Source: Sulfuricurvum sp.
Lineage (GTDB): Bacteria; Campylobacterota; Campylobacteria; Campylobacterales; Sulfurimonadaceae
Direction: 5' to 3'
DNA: 64,000 nucleotides
NCBI RefSeq assembly: GCF_030691015.1
Contig: NZ_JAUYFF010000013.1
Coordinates: forward strand, 4,638 to 68,637
Part shown: piece by piece, positions 10,268 through 20,571 of the stretch
Position numbering within the stretch: position 1 is the first letter of the stretch
Layout: each line of letters opens with the position of its first letter
Notes under the pieces: model-generated
The model's input: only the letters and a program-made list of their open reading frames with translations
The model's database searches: none
What the model was told of the DNA's origin: nothing
Program-made: the position numbers and the translations under genes

Positions 10268-11250
10268 TCGATCTCTCGGGGAAGAAGATCCTTTTTATCG
10301 CACCGAAATTTTATTCCTATCACACTCAAATCATCCATTATATGGAATCTAAAAACGCTCTTGTAACCTTTTATCCCGAAGATATCTACACCCCCCCTTA
10401 CCGAACGGCGAAAAAACTCCTCCCTTTCCTCGCCAAAGCGATCAAAAAAAAATATCTCGATAGGATTTTGGAGAGTGTCTCGCCTAACGCTTACGATATC
10501 GTTTTTGTAATCCGTGGAGGTATCCTCACTGCTGATGCAATGGAGACATTAAAGACTAAACTTCCGAATGCCAAGTTTGTGATGTATCAATGGGATTCTA
10601 ACCAACAAAGCAACTACGAACCCATCATTAGCTATTTTGATCGTGTCAAAACGTTTGACAAAGAGGATGCGAAGCGTTACGGGTTAGAGTATCTTCCCCT
10701 CTTTTATACGCACCGATACAAAGAGATCGCCGAACATAAACAACCCAAACAATACGACATCGTTTTTTACGGTGCCTATCACAGCGACCGATTGGAAATC
10801 GTCAAATTTATCGATGCCTTTTGCCAAGCAAACGGATTAACCTTTAAACACCATCTCTATATCACCAAAATGGCGCTCTTTAGACTCCTATGCTTCGGTA
10901 TTCTAAAATTCAAAGATTTAGACTACCTAAAAACCTACTCTGTAGGGATGGATGAGATTTTGAACGTCTACAAAAAGTCATTTGCTACCCTCGATATCGA
11001 GCTGAACATACAGTATGGACTCACCATGAGGACATTCGAAGCGCTAGGGGCGGGTTTAAAGTTGATTACGACCAATAAAAACATCCAAGACGAACCTTTT
11101 TATAATGATCAAAACATTACAATACTCGATCGAAACCACTTGCACATCGACTTGGATTTTTTTAAAACCGATTTTCTAAGCGATCTTGCTTTTGAGAGAT
11201 ATCTCTTTGAAAACTGGTTTAACAACGTATTTGAAGAGGATAAGAGATGA
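10264..11250 (+). CDS. Putative glycosyltransferase-like protein (CgeB / Glyco_trans_1_2-like C-terminus)
   Basis: C-terminal LDIELNIQYGLTMRTFEALGAGLKLITTN resembles the R-x-FE-x-x-G-x-G motif of CgeB-type GT1-like domains. Lies within the glycan cluster. Confidence 0.4.
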   Translation: MIDLSGKKILFIAPKFYSYHTQIIHYMESKNALVTFYPEDIYTPPYRTAKKLLPFLAKAIKKKYLDRILESVSPNAYDIVFVIRGGILTADAMETLKTKLPNAKFVMYQWDSNQQSNYEPIISYFDRVKTFDKEDAKRYGLEYLPLFYTHRYKEIAEHKQPKQYDIVFYGAYHSDRLEIVKFIDAFCQANGLTFKHHLYITKMALFRLLCFGILKFKDLDYLKTYSVGMDEILNVYKKSFATLDIELNIQYGLTMRTFEALGAGLKLITTNKNIQDEPFYNDQNITILDRNHLHIDLDFFKTDFLSDLAFERYLFENWFNNVFEEDKR

Positions 11251-12047
11251 ATACCAATTGGATTTCCGAACAAATCAATTTCACAGTCTCCCAGTGGGAT
11301 ACTTCAATGGAAAACGCCTATCCGCAGGTCAAAGAGTGGAACAAAGATTCCACTAAATATTATCATCAGGTATGCGAAGAATGCAATTTTTTAGATGCAG
11401 CCAAACTCATCAACTGGAAAAACTATCTCGTCGATGAGTGCACTATTCTCGATTTGGGATGCGGAGGGGGATGGCTGAGCGGCTACCTCTCGACATTTGA
11501 AAAGGTCAAATCAATCCTCGCGGTGGATACGAGTAAAAACTATCTTTATAACATCATGCCAGGAGTCATCGAGATCATGCACGGCGACCCCTCCAAAATC
11601 ACCATGATCGAGGGGATGTTTTCTCCGATTCAGCTCGAAGAGGGCTCCTTGGATATGGTCGTAGCTTCTGCGGCACTCCATCATGCCGATAATTTACAGT
11701 TTTTGCTCAACGAAATACGGAGTAAACTAAAATCTGGCGGGATGTTAATGATTATCAATGAAACCCCCTCAGCTTATGGCAAATATCTCGCACGATTGGC
11801 ATTTGCATTCTCCAAAATCTTTTTACGTGCCGTTTTGGGAAAATATACCCTCGTCTCTCCTAAAATTTCCTCCGCTTTTTTTGAATACGACCCTTATTTA
11901 GGAGATAAAATGTATCCGATGTGGTATTGGAAAGAAGCGATAACCCGCGCAGGATTTGAGCTCACGGAGAGCATCGATACGAAGATGGCAACCCTCAAAG
12001 GGACGAAAAAAGAGTCGCTAAAACATTTTATTTGTAAAGCTATCTAG
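11247..12047 (+). CDS. Class I SAM-dependent methyltransferase
   Basis: Motif I ILDLGCGGGWLS and post-I acidic residue (AVDTS). ATGA overlap with the upstream gene. Confidence 0.8.
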   Translation: MNTNWISEQINFTVSQWDTSMENAYPQVKEWNKDSTKYYHQVCEECNFLDAAKLINWKNYLVDECTILDLGCGGGWLSGYLSTFEKVKSILAVDTSKNYLYNIMPGVIEIMHGDPSKITMIEGMFSPIQLEEGSLDMVVASAALHHADNLQFLLNEIRSKLKSGGMLMIINETPSAYGKYLARLAFAFSKIFLRAVLGKYTLVSPKISSAFFEYDPYLGDKMYPMWYWKEAITRAGFELTESIDTKMATLKGTKKESLKHFICKAI

Positions 12048-12051
12048 TCCT

Positions 12052-12873
12052 GTGGAACCGACACTTACCCCTCTCATTTCGATCATTATCCCCCTCTACA
12101 ACGGTGAACGTTTTATTGCCCAGACCCTTGAGAGCGTTTTGGCACAAACCTATCGTAACATCGAAGTCATTGTCGTGGATGATGCATCAACCGATGGAGG
12201 CTGTGACATTGTCCGACGCTATGGCGCCGATGATTCCCGAGTGAACCTGATACTATCCGAAACCAACTTCGGCGGTCCCGCAAGACCTCGCAATATCGGT
12301 ATTGAAAATGCCAAGGGGGAATTTATCGCCTTTGTGGATGCGGATGATGTATGGAAACCTCATAAACTGCAAACCCAACTCGATTTCTTGATAGATAACC
12401 CCGACATCGATATGCTCTACTCACCCGCCGAAATCATTGACGAATACGGGGAAATTTCTCCTAGCCGAAAACAGCGGTTTCTTTCACTCCTCTTGCGATT
12501 GATGTCACCGAAAAATGCGATAATTTACGGCAATTTCATCAATATCAATACTCTGATGCTACGACAACCCCTCACTAGCCGCTTCATCGAAGATAGTCGC
12601 CTTGTCGCTATCGAAGACTGGATGTTTCATATCCTCAATTTGCAAGATGGAATGACAGCCGCCTCCGTTGAGGAGGCACTCATCTACTACCGTGTCCATT
12701 CCGCGTCCATCTCCAACCGACACTCCGATAAAAGCTACCGCAAAATCTTTTATATGCTCTCGCTCCTATTCCTCGAAACGCGCATCTCCTTTGGTCATTT
12801 TTGCTTGGCAAATATCCTAAATAGCGCTAAACTGTTGCGACGCAAACTTGCTAACGCATGGAGTTCTCATTGA
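12052..12873 (+). CDS. Family 2 glycosyltransferase
   Basis: ISIIIPLYNGERFI, VVDDASTDG, FVDADD (DxD). GTG start. Confidence 0.85.
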   Translation: MEPTLTPLISIIIPLYNGERFIAQTLESVLAQTYRNIEVIVVDDASTDGGCDIVRRYGADDSRVNLILSETNFGGPARPRNIGIENAKGEFIAFVDADDVWKPHKLQTQLDFLIDNPDIDMLYSPAEIIDEYGEISPSRKQRFLSLLLRLMSPKNAIIYGNFININTLMLRQPLTSRFIEDSRLVAIEDWMFHILNLQDGMTAASVEEALIYYRVHSASISNRHSDKSYRKIFYMLSLLFLETRISFGHFCLANILNSAKLLRRKLANAWSSH

Positions 12874-13691
12874 CTACCCTCATCATCGGTCAGCACAGTA
12901 ATCTAACTCAGGCACTTCTTGCCGAACTTCAGGGTTCTCATGCACTTTCCTCACGAAAACTATCCGAAAACATAGAACTCTTAGCCCCTTATACCGATCA
13001 AACTATCAATCTCATCTTCAATAATTTTCAAACGGCGACACAACTCAATGAGTCCGAACATATCGCTCAATACATCGAAAATTCGATCCATATTACCGCC
13101 AAAGTTTTAGAGTATTTCAACACAACACCTATTGCCAAGATCATCTATACAAGTAGCAGTTCGGTCTATGGAAACAATATCTTCTGTGATGAACAAGATG
13201 AAGTAAAGCCTCTCAACCTCCACGCATCACTGAAAGTAAGCAATGAAAAACTGATCGAAAAATATGCCGAAAACCGTCAGATCGACTACACAATCGCCCG
13301 TATATTTAACATGTTCGGCGGAAATGACACGTTCTCGATCATCAATAAAATCCTCACTGCCTATACCAAAAATGAGCCATTAACCATCATCAACAATGGC
13401 AATGCTATCCGTGATTTTATCCATATCGACAGTGTCGTCAAAGTTTATCAGCGTTTACTCACCACACCCAATATCCCGATCATTAATATCGGAAGCGGCA
13501 GAGGAACATCGATCCGCAACGTCCTCGATTTTTTAAAAAATCATCAAATCGAACTGCAAACTCAAAATCTATCTCGTGATGAACTCAAAATTTCCACTGC
13601 CAATAATGCGATTATGTCGGAGCTCCTCACGCATAACACCACTATCGATGTCGAGAGCTATCTGTTGGAACGGCTAAAATGCACCCCATGA
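12858..13691 (+). CDS. Extended-SDR (epimerase/reductase)-like protein with degenerate cofactor and catalytic motifs
   Basis: YTSSSSVYG and ARIFNMFG match the extended SDR fold. The Gly-rich loop reads LIIGQHSNLTQAL, and YxxxK appears as HASLK. Confidence 0.55.
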   Translation: MEFSLTTLIIGQHSNLTQALLAELQGSHALSSRKLSENIELLAPYTDQTINLIFNNFQTATQLNESEHIAQYIENSIHITAKVLEYFNTTPIAKIIYTSSSSVYGNNIFCDEQDEVKPLNLHASLKVSNEKLIEKYAENRQIDYTIARIFNMFGGNDTFSIINKILTAYTKNEPLTIINNGNAIRDFIHIDSVVKVYQRLLTTPNIPIINIGSGRGTSIRNVLDFLKNHQIELQTQNLSRDELKISTANNAIMSELLTHNTTIDVESYLLERLKCTP

Positions 13692-14848
13692 AAAAGAAAA
13701 TTTCGATTATTGTTACCGTTCCTCTCTCTCTGGAAACATGGTTCAAAGGGCAGCCCCGATACCTGAGTGATTACTATGATATCGAGATTATCACCTCGAA
13801 TGGCAGCAGCATCGAAAAAATCAAAGCGTATGAAAACGTTACGATCACCCTTGTCGATTTTACCCGCCAAATCAATCCCTTGAAAGATCTTAAAATCCTC
13901 TTCACTCTCTGGTCGCATTTTCGTCGCAGACGACCCGATATGGTCTATTCTATCACCCCGAAAGCCGGACTGCTCGGGATGATGGCCGCTTGGCTTGCCC
14001 GCGTTCCTCTGAGAATACACCTCATTGTGGGATTGGCCTATTTCGGCTCACAGGGAAAACGGCGCTTTCTTCTTAAATCGATCGAAAAAATCACCTATTT
14101 TTTTGCTACCCATCTCTATGCCAACAGTCTCAATCTCCCGAAGATCATTGCCGAAGAGTTGACCTCCAAAGAGGTGAACGTGATCGGATACGGATCGGTC
14201 AACGGGGTGGATACCGCCTACTTTCAAGATACTATGAGTCTCGAAGAGAAATCCTCGCTCCGCCAAAATCTTAGCATTGATGATAGCGATTTTGTAGCCC
14301 TTTTTACGGGGCGCATCGTTGCGGACAAAGGGGTAAACGAGCTTGTTATCGCCTTTGATACCCTTGCGCATAAGCACCCAACCTTTCATCTTCTAATGGT
14401 GGGCGATTATGAGCATCATCTCGACCCTATCGCACCCAAGACGTATAAGCTTATCCAAAATCACCCCCACATCCACGTGCTCCCTTTTCAGCACGATATC
14501 CGCCCCTACTTTTGTATTTCCGATCTGCTGATTCTCCCCTCATACCGTGAAGGACTCCCCAATGTCCTTATCGAAGGGGGAAGTTGCGGGCTCCCCCTCA
14601 TTGCAACCGATATCAATGGATGTAATGAAGTGATTATCGAAGGGGAAAACGGCCTCCTCACTCAGCCGAAAAATATTACCCACCTCACCCAAACCGTAGA
14701 AAAACTCCTGCATGATCCAAGCCTCTACGCGGCGTTAAAAAATAATGCAAGAAAAAGTATCCTCAACCGATACGACCAACATTTTTATTGGGATGCCCTC
14801 CACCGTGAGTTGGAAACCCTCTTAAACACGGATTCTTCGTATGTATAA
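13688..14848 (+). CDS. Family 4 (GT-B, GT1-like) glycosyltransferase
   Basis: [29 protein letters not shown] (E-x7-E region). The ATG at 13688 forms an ATGA overlap with the upstream stop. Confidence 0.8.
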   Translation: MKKKISIIVTVPLSLETWFKGQPRYLSDYYDIEIITSNGSSIEKIKAYENVTITLVDFTRQINPLKDLKILFTLWSHFRRRRPDMVYSITPKAGLLGMMAAWLARVPLRIHLIVGLAYFGSQGKRRFLLKSIEKITYFFATHLYANSLNLPKIIAEELTSKEVNVIGYGSVNGVDTAYFQDTMSLEEKSSLRQNLSIDDSDFVALFTGRIVADKGVNELVIAFDTLAHKHPTFHLLMVGDYEHHLDPIAPKTYKLIQNHPHIHVLPFQHDIRPYFCISDLLILPSYREGLPNVLIEGGSCGLPLIATDINGCNEVIIEGENGLLTQPKNITHLTQTVEKLLHDPSLYAALKNNARKSILNRYDQHFYWDALHRELETLLNTDSSYV

Positions 14849-15464
14849 ACACTTTTTTAAACCCCTTTTGGATCGCATCGGTGCCCTTTTGCTCCTATTC
14901 CTCTTTATCCCTGTTTTTAGTGCAGTAGTGATTGCCGTCTATCTCAAAATGGGGCGACCTCTCTTTTTTACCCAAAAAAGACCGGGGTATCAAGGAAATA
15001 TTTTTACCATTTATAAATTCCGTACCATGAGCGATGAGCGAGATGATAACGGCGAGCTTTTAAGCGATGAATTAAGACTTAAGGGGGTAGGAAAAGTGAT
15101 CCGAGCCCTCAGCCTCGATGAGCTTCCGCAACTTTTAAATGTCCTTAGAGGGGAGATGAGTTTTATCGGTCCTCGTCCGTTACTGGTAGAGTACCTTCCG
15201 TTGTATAATAGCGAACAAAAAAGACGGCACGACGTTCTCCCCGGTATCACAGGGTGGGCGCAAGTCAACGGGCGTAATGCCATCAGTTGGGAAGAGAAAT
15301 TTCGTTACGATGTTGAATACGTGGATAGTCTCTCGTTTTGGAATGACCTCAACATCATTTTTTTAACCCTCAAAAAAGTGCTCATCAAAGAAGGTATCTC
15401 CCAAGAAGGCTCAGCAACGATGGAAAAATTCCTCGGAAATCCAACACAAAAGAATCGACTATGA
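14841..15464 (+). CDS. pglC: Undecaprenyl-phosphate sugar-phosphate transferase (small PglC-type initiating transferase)
   Basis: About 200 aa with a single N-terminal TM, then [38 protein letters not shown]. Confidence 0.85.
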   Translation: MYKHFFKPLLDRIGALLLLFLFIPVFSAVVIAVYLKMGRPLFFTQKRPGYQGNIFTIYKFRTMSDERDDNGELLSDELRLKGVGKVIRALSLDELPQLLNVLRGEMSFIGPRPLLVEYLPLYNSEQKRRHDVLPGITGWAQVNGRNAISWEEKFRYDVEYVDSLSFWNDLNIIFLTLKKVLIKEGISQEGSATMEKFLGNPTQKNRL

Positions 15465-16588
15465 ATAAGCGCATTTTTCTCTCTCCTCCCCACATGGGAG
15501 GAAATGAACTCTCCTACATCCAAGAAGCGTTTGAGAGTAACTACATCGCACCGCTTGGGCACAATGTGGATACATTTGAAGCGCAGATTAAATCCTATAC
15601 CGGTGCGAAATATGCCCTTGCCCTGACCAGCGGAACAGCGGCAATTCATTTGGCATTACGGGTTTTGGGGATTAAAGAGGGCGATGAAGTGATGGCAAGT
15701 ACCTTCACTTTTATCGGCTCTATCGCTCCGATTCTTTACGAACGATGTACCCCGTTTTTTATCGATTCCGATACCGCCAGCTGGAACCTCGATCCTAATC
15801 TGCTAGAAGAGGAACTATCCCACCGCGCTTCTACAAGGAAAAAACAACCCAAAGCACTTATTCTCACCCACCTCTACGGCCAATGTGCCGATGTGAAACG
15901 GATCGCAACCATCTGTGAACACTATGGCGTTCACCTCATCGAAGATGCTGCTGAGAGTTTAGGGGCAACGTATGAGGGGAAACAGAGCGGAACCTTCGGA
16001 AAAATGGGGATTTACAGTTTTAACGGAAATAAAATTATCACCACCAGCGGCGGCGGAATGCTGGTCAGTGATGATGAAGCACTCATTTCCCATGCCCGTC
16101 ACCTCAGTACCCAAGCACGAGACAATGCCCCCCACTACGAACACACCGAATACGGCTATAACTACCGAATGTCGAATATTGTCGCAGGGATCGGTCGGGG
16201 ACAAATGGAAGTTTTACCCGAGAGGATTGAGCGGCGCAGAGAGATCTTTGAATATTACCGAAAAGCTTTTTCAGAAGTACCTGAAATATCATTTATGCCT
16301 GAATTAAAAGGGAGTTTAGGCAATCGGTGGCTTACCACGCTGATATTACCGGAACACCTCTCACCTGAGCGTATCCGCCTCTCTCTTGAAGAGCAAAATA
16401 TTGAGTCTCGTCCCCTATGGAAACCGATGCACGCACAACCTCTGTTTCATGGCACTAAAGGGCGTCTAAACGGGGTCAGCGATATGCTGTTTCAAAGAGG
16501 AATCTGTCTTCCTAGCGGCTCTTCTTTGAGTACGGATGAACTGGAAAAAATTACTTTCCATCTAAAAGCGGTGATGGCGCATAACTAA
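15461..16588 (+). CDS. pglE: DegT/DnrJ/EryC1-family PLP aminotransferase (PglE-like UDP-4-keto-6-deoxy-GlcNAc aminotransferase)
   Basis: [36 protein letters not shown] (PLP lysine). Confidence 0.85.
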   Translation: MNKRIFLSPPHMGGNELSYIQEAFESNYIAPLGHNVDTFEAQIKSYTGAKYALALTSGTAAIHLALRVLGIKEGDEVMASTFTFIGSIAPILYERCTPFFIDSDTASWNLDPNLLEEELSHRASTRKKQPKALILTHLYGQCADVKRIATICEHYGVHLIEDAAESLGATYEGKQSGTFGKMGIYSFNGNKIITTSGGGMLVSDDEALISHARHLSTQARDNAPHYEHTEYGYNYRMSNIVAGIGRGQMEVLPERIERRREIFEYYRKAFSEVPEISFMPELKGSLGNRWLTTLILPEHLSPERIRLSLEEQNIESRPLWKPMHAQPLFHGTKGRLNGVSDMLFQRGICLPSGSSLSTDELEKITFHLKAVMAHN

Positions 16589-16617
16589 TTGATAATGCTA
16601 CATCATTTGGCTAAAAT
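16589..16617 (+). promoter_or_regulatory. Sigma70-like promoter candidate in front of pglB
   Basis: TTGATA (16589-16594), 17-nt spacer, TAAAAT (16612-16617). Sits in the only sizeable gap (61 bp) of the glycan cluster. GGAG at 16634-16637 precedes the ATG at 16650. Confidence 0.4.
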
Positions 16618-16649
16618 ACCCTTATAAAAATACGGAGCAACAAAACGAA

Positions 16650-18761
16650 ATGTTAAAATTACACGAAGAACGCAACTCTTTGCGCACGTTATTTATTTTT
16701 ATCGCTATCGCCTATATTTTTTCCATTTCACTCCGTTTTATTTGGATTGACGCTCTTGGAGATGCTCCGCAGTTTCGCTGGAATAATGAACTGATGATCA
16801 ACAATAACGATGGATACTACTTTGCTGAGGGTGCCCGTGATATTCTTGCCGGCAACCATACTGCAAATGATCAATCCCCGATTGATGGGGCACCGGCTCA
16901 ACTCACCGCCGCCCTCTCCAAAATCATCCCCGTGAGCTTTGAAGCCCTTATCCTCTATATGCCGGGATTTCTTGGCTCTTTGATTGTTATCCCGATGATT
17001 TTGATCGGCCGTGCGCTCAACCAAACGACCTTGGGCTTTATATCCGCACTCATCGCCTCCGTTGCCCACAGTTATTACAACCGTACAATGATGGGGTACT
17101 ACGATACCGATATGCTTAATATCGTATTTCCTGTACTGGAGATGTATTCACTCATCCTCGCACTGACCCATCAGCGTAACCGCTATCTTATCCCTATTAC
17201 CGTATCGATTGCACTTTACCAATGGTGGTATCCTCAAGCCTACGCGCTCGACACCGCTTTATTCGGGATGATTATCGGCTATGCGATCCTAATTGATCGC
17301 AAAAATATTTATCTTTACAAAATAGCCCTCTTTATCCTTATCGGTATTCTAGCAATCCCGATTATCAGTAAAATAAGTTTAGCCCTTATTTTATTCGCAC
17401 TGTTTCATTTTAAAAGAGACCTTTCTAACAAAGTTTTTTTTGCTACCTTCGCTGCTGTGATCGTCCTCTATTTTTCAACAGGCGGAGTGGATCCGATTCT
17501 TCATTTTATTCAGGGGTACTTTTTTCGGGGGAACAGCGAAACGGTTAGTGCTTCTTTGAACTTTTACGATGTTATGACTACCGTAAGAGAAGCCGGACAT
17601 ATCCCATTCAGTGTCTTTGCCGAACGAATCAGCGGACATCCCATCACTTTTGTTCTAGCAGTCATAGGGTATGTTTTGGCACTTATTGCTTATCGTCCGC
17701 TCCTCATTACCTTACCGCTAGTAGGATTGGGATTCATCGCCATGTCTGCCGGATTACGCTTTACCATCTATGCCGTACCGCCTATGGCAATCGGTATCGC
17801 CTTCTTGATTCTTTATGTCAGCCAATTTTTGACAAAACCTTTTCTTAAGTATTTAAGCATCGGAACCTTTACTCTTGTAGCTCTTTATCCCAACTATACC
17901 CACATTAAAGCCTATATGACTCCACCCGTATTGACCAATCATGAGGTTCTTGCACTTAGTGAACTGAACAAAATGGCTTCGAGTGAAGATTATATGATAG
18001 GGTGGTGGGATTTCGGTTTTCCTATCCGTTATTATGCTGATGTGAAAACATGGGCGGATGGCGCACAGCACTCGGGCGGACAAAACTACCCGATCTCGTT
18101 TGTTCTAACCAACCAAGACCCGATATCCGTGGCCCATATGATGCGGCTTAATACCGAATATATGGAAAAAAACTTTCGCGATAAAAATTCTACCTACTCC
18201 AGTGTTTTTGAATACATGATGCATGAAGAGGGATTTAAAGATCCTAATGATTTTATCACGGCTATAGCTCTTGCGGAATATAAGACACCCCCTAAGACAC
18301 GGGATGTATACCTTTATTTACCGTTGCGTATGATGGAAATTTTTCCCACATCCGCACTCTTTAGCAATCTTGATTTGAAAACAGGGAAAAGTTCCCCCCA
18401 GCCTTTCTTTTATGCCTCACAGAGGATTCAAGACGCAGGGAAAACTATCGAGTTAGGACAAGGGGTCTCGATCATTAAAGCAACCAATACCCTTAAGCTT
18501 GGAACGCAAAATCTCCCGATCAAAGCCTTTTATCAAGTGGGATACGATCCGAAACAAAAACTCCAGGTCAATCGACAAAACTTTGCTTCAGAGGGATTAA
18601 CCGTTATTCATATGGCAAGTTATGGGCAGTTTCTTGTTATGGATGATTTTTATTTTAACTCCACCTACATTCAGATGTTTGTTTTGGAGCACTATGATCG
18701 AAATTTATTTCAGCCCGTTATCCTTAGCCCGTTGACAAAAATTTTTAAATTAAAGATATAA
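16650..18761 (+). CDS. pglB: Undecaprenyl-diphospho-oligosaccharide:protein N-glycosyltransferase (bacterial oligosaccharyltransferase, STT3 family)
   Basis: 703 aa. Polytopic N-terminal half with NNNDGYYFAEGARD (EL1 catalytic Asp region). Periplasmic domain with WWDFG (WWDYG motif) and YLYLPLRMMEIF (MI-motif region). Confidence 0.9.
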   Translation: MLKLHEERNSLRTLFIFIAIAYIFSISLRFIWIDALGDAPQFRWNNELMINNNDGYYFAEGARDILAGNHTANDQSPIDGAPAQLTAALSKIIPVSFEALILYMPGFLGSLIVIPMILIGRALNQTTLGFISALIASVAHSYYNRTMMGYYDTDMLNIVFPVLEMYSLILALTHQRNRYLIPITVSIALYQWWYPQAYALDTALFGMIIGYAILIDRKNIYLYKIALFILIGILAIPIISKISLALILFALFHFKRDLSNKVFFATFAAVIVLYFSTGGVDPILHFIQGYFFRGNSETVSASLNFYDVMTTVREAGHIPFSVFAERISGHPITFVLAVIGYVLALIAYRPLLITLPLVGLGFIAMSAGLRFTIYAVPPMAIGIAFLILYVSQFLTKPFLKYLSIGTFTLVALYPNYTHIKAYMTPPVLTNHEVLALSELNKMASSEDYMIGWWDFGFPIRYYADVKTWADGAQHSGGQNYPISFVLTNQDPISVAHMMRLNTEYMEKNFRDKNSTYSSVFEYMMHEEGFKDPNDFITAIALAEYKTPPKTRDVYLYLPLRMMEIFPTSALFSNLDLKTGKSSPQPFFYASQRIQDAGKTIELGQGVSIIKATNTLKLGTQNLPIKAFYQVGYDPKQKLQVNRQNFASEGLTVIHMASYGQFLVMDDFYFNSTYIQMFVLEHYDRNLFQPVILSPLTKIFKLKI

Positions 18762-18763
18762 GT

Positions 18764-20566
18764 ATGGCATTAACTAAAAAAGAGGCTAATTTAGGGCTGC
18801 CGGCCCCCACTTTTATCACAAGATCACTCTTTTTTTTAAGTGCTGATTTTATCCTCTTTTTTGTATCGCTTTATTTTGCGTATGCGCTTCGTTTTGATTT
18901 TAATATCCCTCTACATTATATGTCCCAATTTTATTTTGTCTTCTTTACTCTCGTATTATTAAAATGGGGAAGCTTTTATCTCTTTGGAATCTATCGTATG
19001 ACATGGCGTTTTTTCGGTCTGCAAGATGCCAAACAGCTCTTTTATGCCCATATTCTTGCCTTTACAGGTTTTTTTATCCTCTATTTACTCAATACTTCCC
19101 TCTTTTTTCCGATGCCTCGAAGTGTTATCGGTATCGATATGGTTTTATCCCTTATTTTAATCGGCGCATTACGTTTATCTAAACGGCTTATGATAGAGTC
19201 TTCCAAAGGAGATGCCCACAAACCTACCCTGATTATAGGGATCTCCGCGAATACGGCAAACCTCATCAAAAGTATGCTTGAGGATTCAAACGATTATTAT
19301 CCCGTAGGAATTATTGCGGTACAAGAAAAAAACTATAACCTGATCAATTCAACCATCCAAAATCTTAAAATATCCGGGGCAAATGACCTTGGTGTATTAC
19401 TCGAATCAAAACGAGTCTCGGCAGCCATTATTGACGGGTCGCTACCCAGTGAGTATCTGCAACACGCCTATAAAATCCTCTCCGATGCCGGGATAACCGA
19501 TATTAAGCGCTCCACCCTTTTATCCGATGGAAAAGAGTCTATTACCTCTTTATCGGTGGAAGAGCTCCTCGCCCGCCATCCTAAAGATCTCGATACCCAA
19601 ACCATTGAAGCCTTTATTAGTGAGAAGTGCGTCCTTATCACCGGTGCTGGGGGAAGCATAGGAAGCGAGATTGTTTTGCAATGTCACCGCTTCGGTGCGC
19701 AAAAACTTATTTTGATCGATCACAGCGAATACAATCTCTACCAAATCGGTGAAAAAGTCCCCTCAGCCGAGCTCTATTTATGCAATATTATCGATCGTGA
19801 CACACTAGACGGAATTATAGAAAAAAGCCGGCCCGACATCGTCATTCATGCGGCGGCGTATAAACACGTTCCTCTCTGTGAAGCAAATATCCAAACGGCG
19901 ATCATGAACAATGTCATAGGGAGCCGCAATGTCATCGACAGTGCGATAGAACATAATGTTCCGAAAATTGTCATTATCTCAACCGACAAAGCGGTCCGTC
20001 CTACTAATGTGATGGGAACAACAAAGCGGGTGGTAGAGCTTTATGCCCAAAATGTCGATCCTCGTAACAGTGAAATCGTTGCGGTACGATTCGGAAACGT
20101 TCTCGGCTCCAGTGGGAGCGTTATCCCAAAATTCAAATCTCAAATCGAAGCGGGTGGGCCGATTACCCTGACCCATCCCGATATTACCCGCTATTTTATG
20201 CTCATCAGCGAAGCATGCCAGCTTGTTTTACAGGCTGCTGCCATTGCACGCGGAGGAGAGCTCTTTATTCTCGATATGGGGGAGAGTGTCAAAATCGCCG
20301 ATTTGGCACACACAATGATTCGCCTTTATGCGTCCGTACCTATCGATATCGTCTATACCGGCTTACGCCCGGGGGAAAAGCTCTATGAAGAACTGCTTAT
20401 CGATGAGAGTGAACAAAAAACGGCATTTGAATCGATTATGATTGCCCGTTCCACCCATTACCCGATTGAAACGTTAAAAGAAGATATAGAAAAACTCTTA
20501 GCGAATACTAACGCCATTGAAGCGTTGCAGAAGATTGTACCGGAGTTCCAACCCTCCGGTACATGA
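18764..20566 (+). CDS. pglF: Membrane-anchored UDP-GlcNAc 4,6-dehydratase (PglF/CapD family)
   Basis: N-terminal TM helices, then ITGAGGSIGSE, AAYKHVPL, ISTDKAV. Confidence 0.85.
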   Translation: MALTKKEANLGLPAPTFITRSLFFLSADFILFFVSLYFAYALRFDFNIPLHYMSQFYFVFFTLVLLKWGSFYLFGIYRMTWRFFGLQDAKQLFYAHILAFTGFFILYLLNTSLFFPMPRSVIGIDMVLSLILIGALRLSKRLMIESSKGDAHKPTLIIGISANTANLIKSMLEDSNDYYPVGIIAVQEKNYNLINSTIQNLKISGANDLGVLLESKRVSAAIIDGSLPSEYLQHAYKILSDAGITDIKRSTLLSDGKESITSLSVEELLARHPKDLDTQTIEAFISEKCVLITGAGGSIGSEIVLQCHRFGAQKLILIDHSEYNLYQIGEKVPSAELYLCNIIDRDTLDGIIEKSRPDIVIHAAAYKHVPLCEANIQTAIMNNVIGSRNVIDSAIEHNVPKIVIISTDKAVRPTNVMGTTKRVVELYAQNVDPRNSEIVAVRFGNVLGSSGSVIPKFKSQIEAGGPITLTHPDITRYFMLISEACQLVLQAAAIARGGELFILDMGESVKIADLAHTMIRLYASVPIDIVYTGLRPGEKLYEELLIDESEQKTAFESIMIARSTHYPIETLKEDIEKLLANTNAIEALQKIVPEFQPSGT

Positions 20567-20571
20567 GAGGA

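Noticed and set aside
20567-20571. Convergent gene pairs with no room for terminators: pglF/ilvD are 5 bp apart, and overlaps occur at 23176-23179, 25462-25501 and 33381-33397.
   Set aside because: This is a recurrent feature of the window and is consistent with general genome compaction rather than a specific regulatory device.
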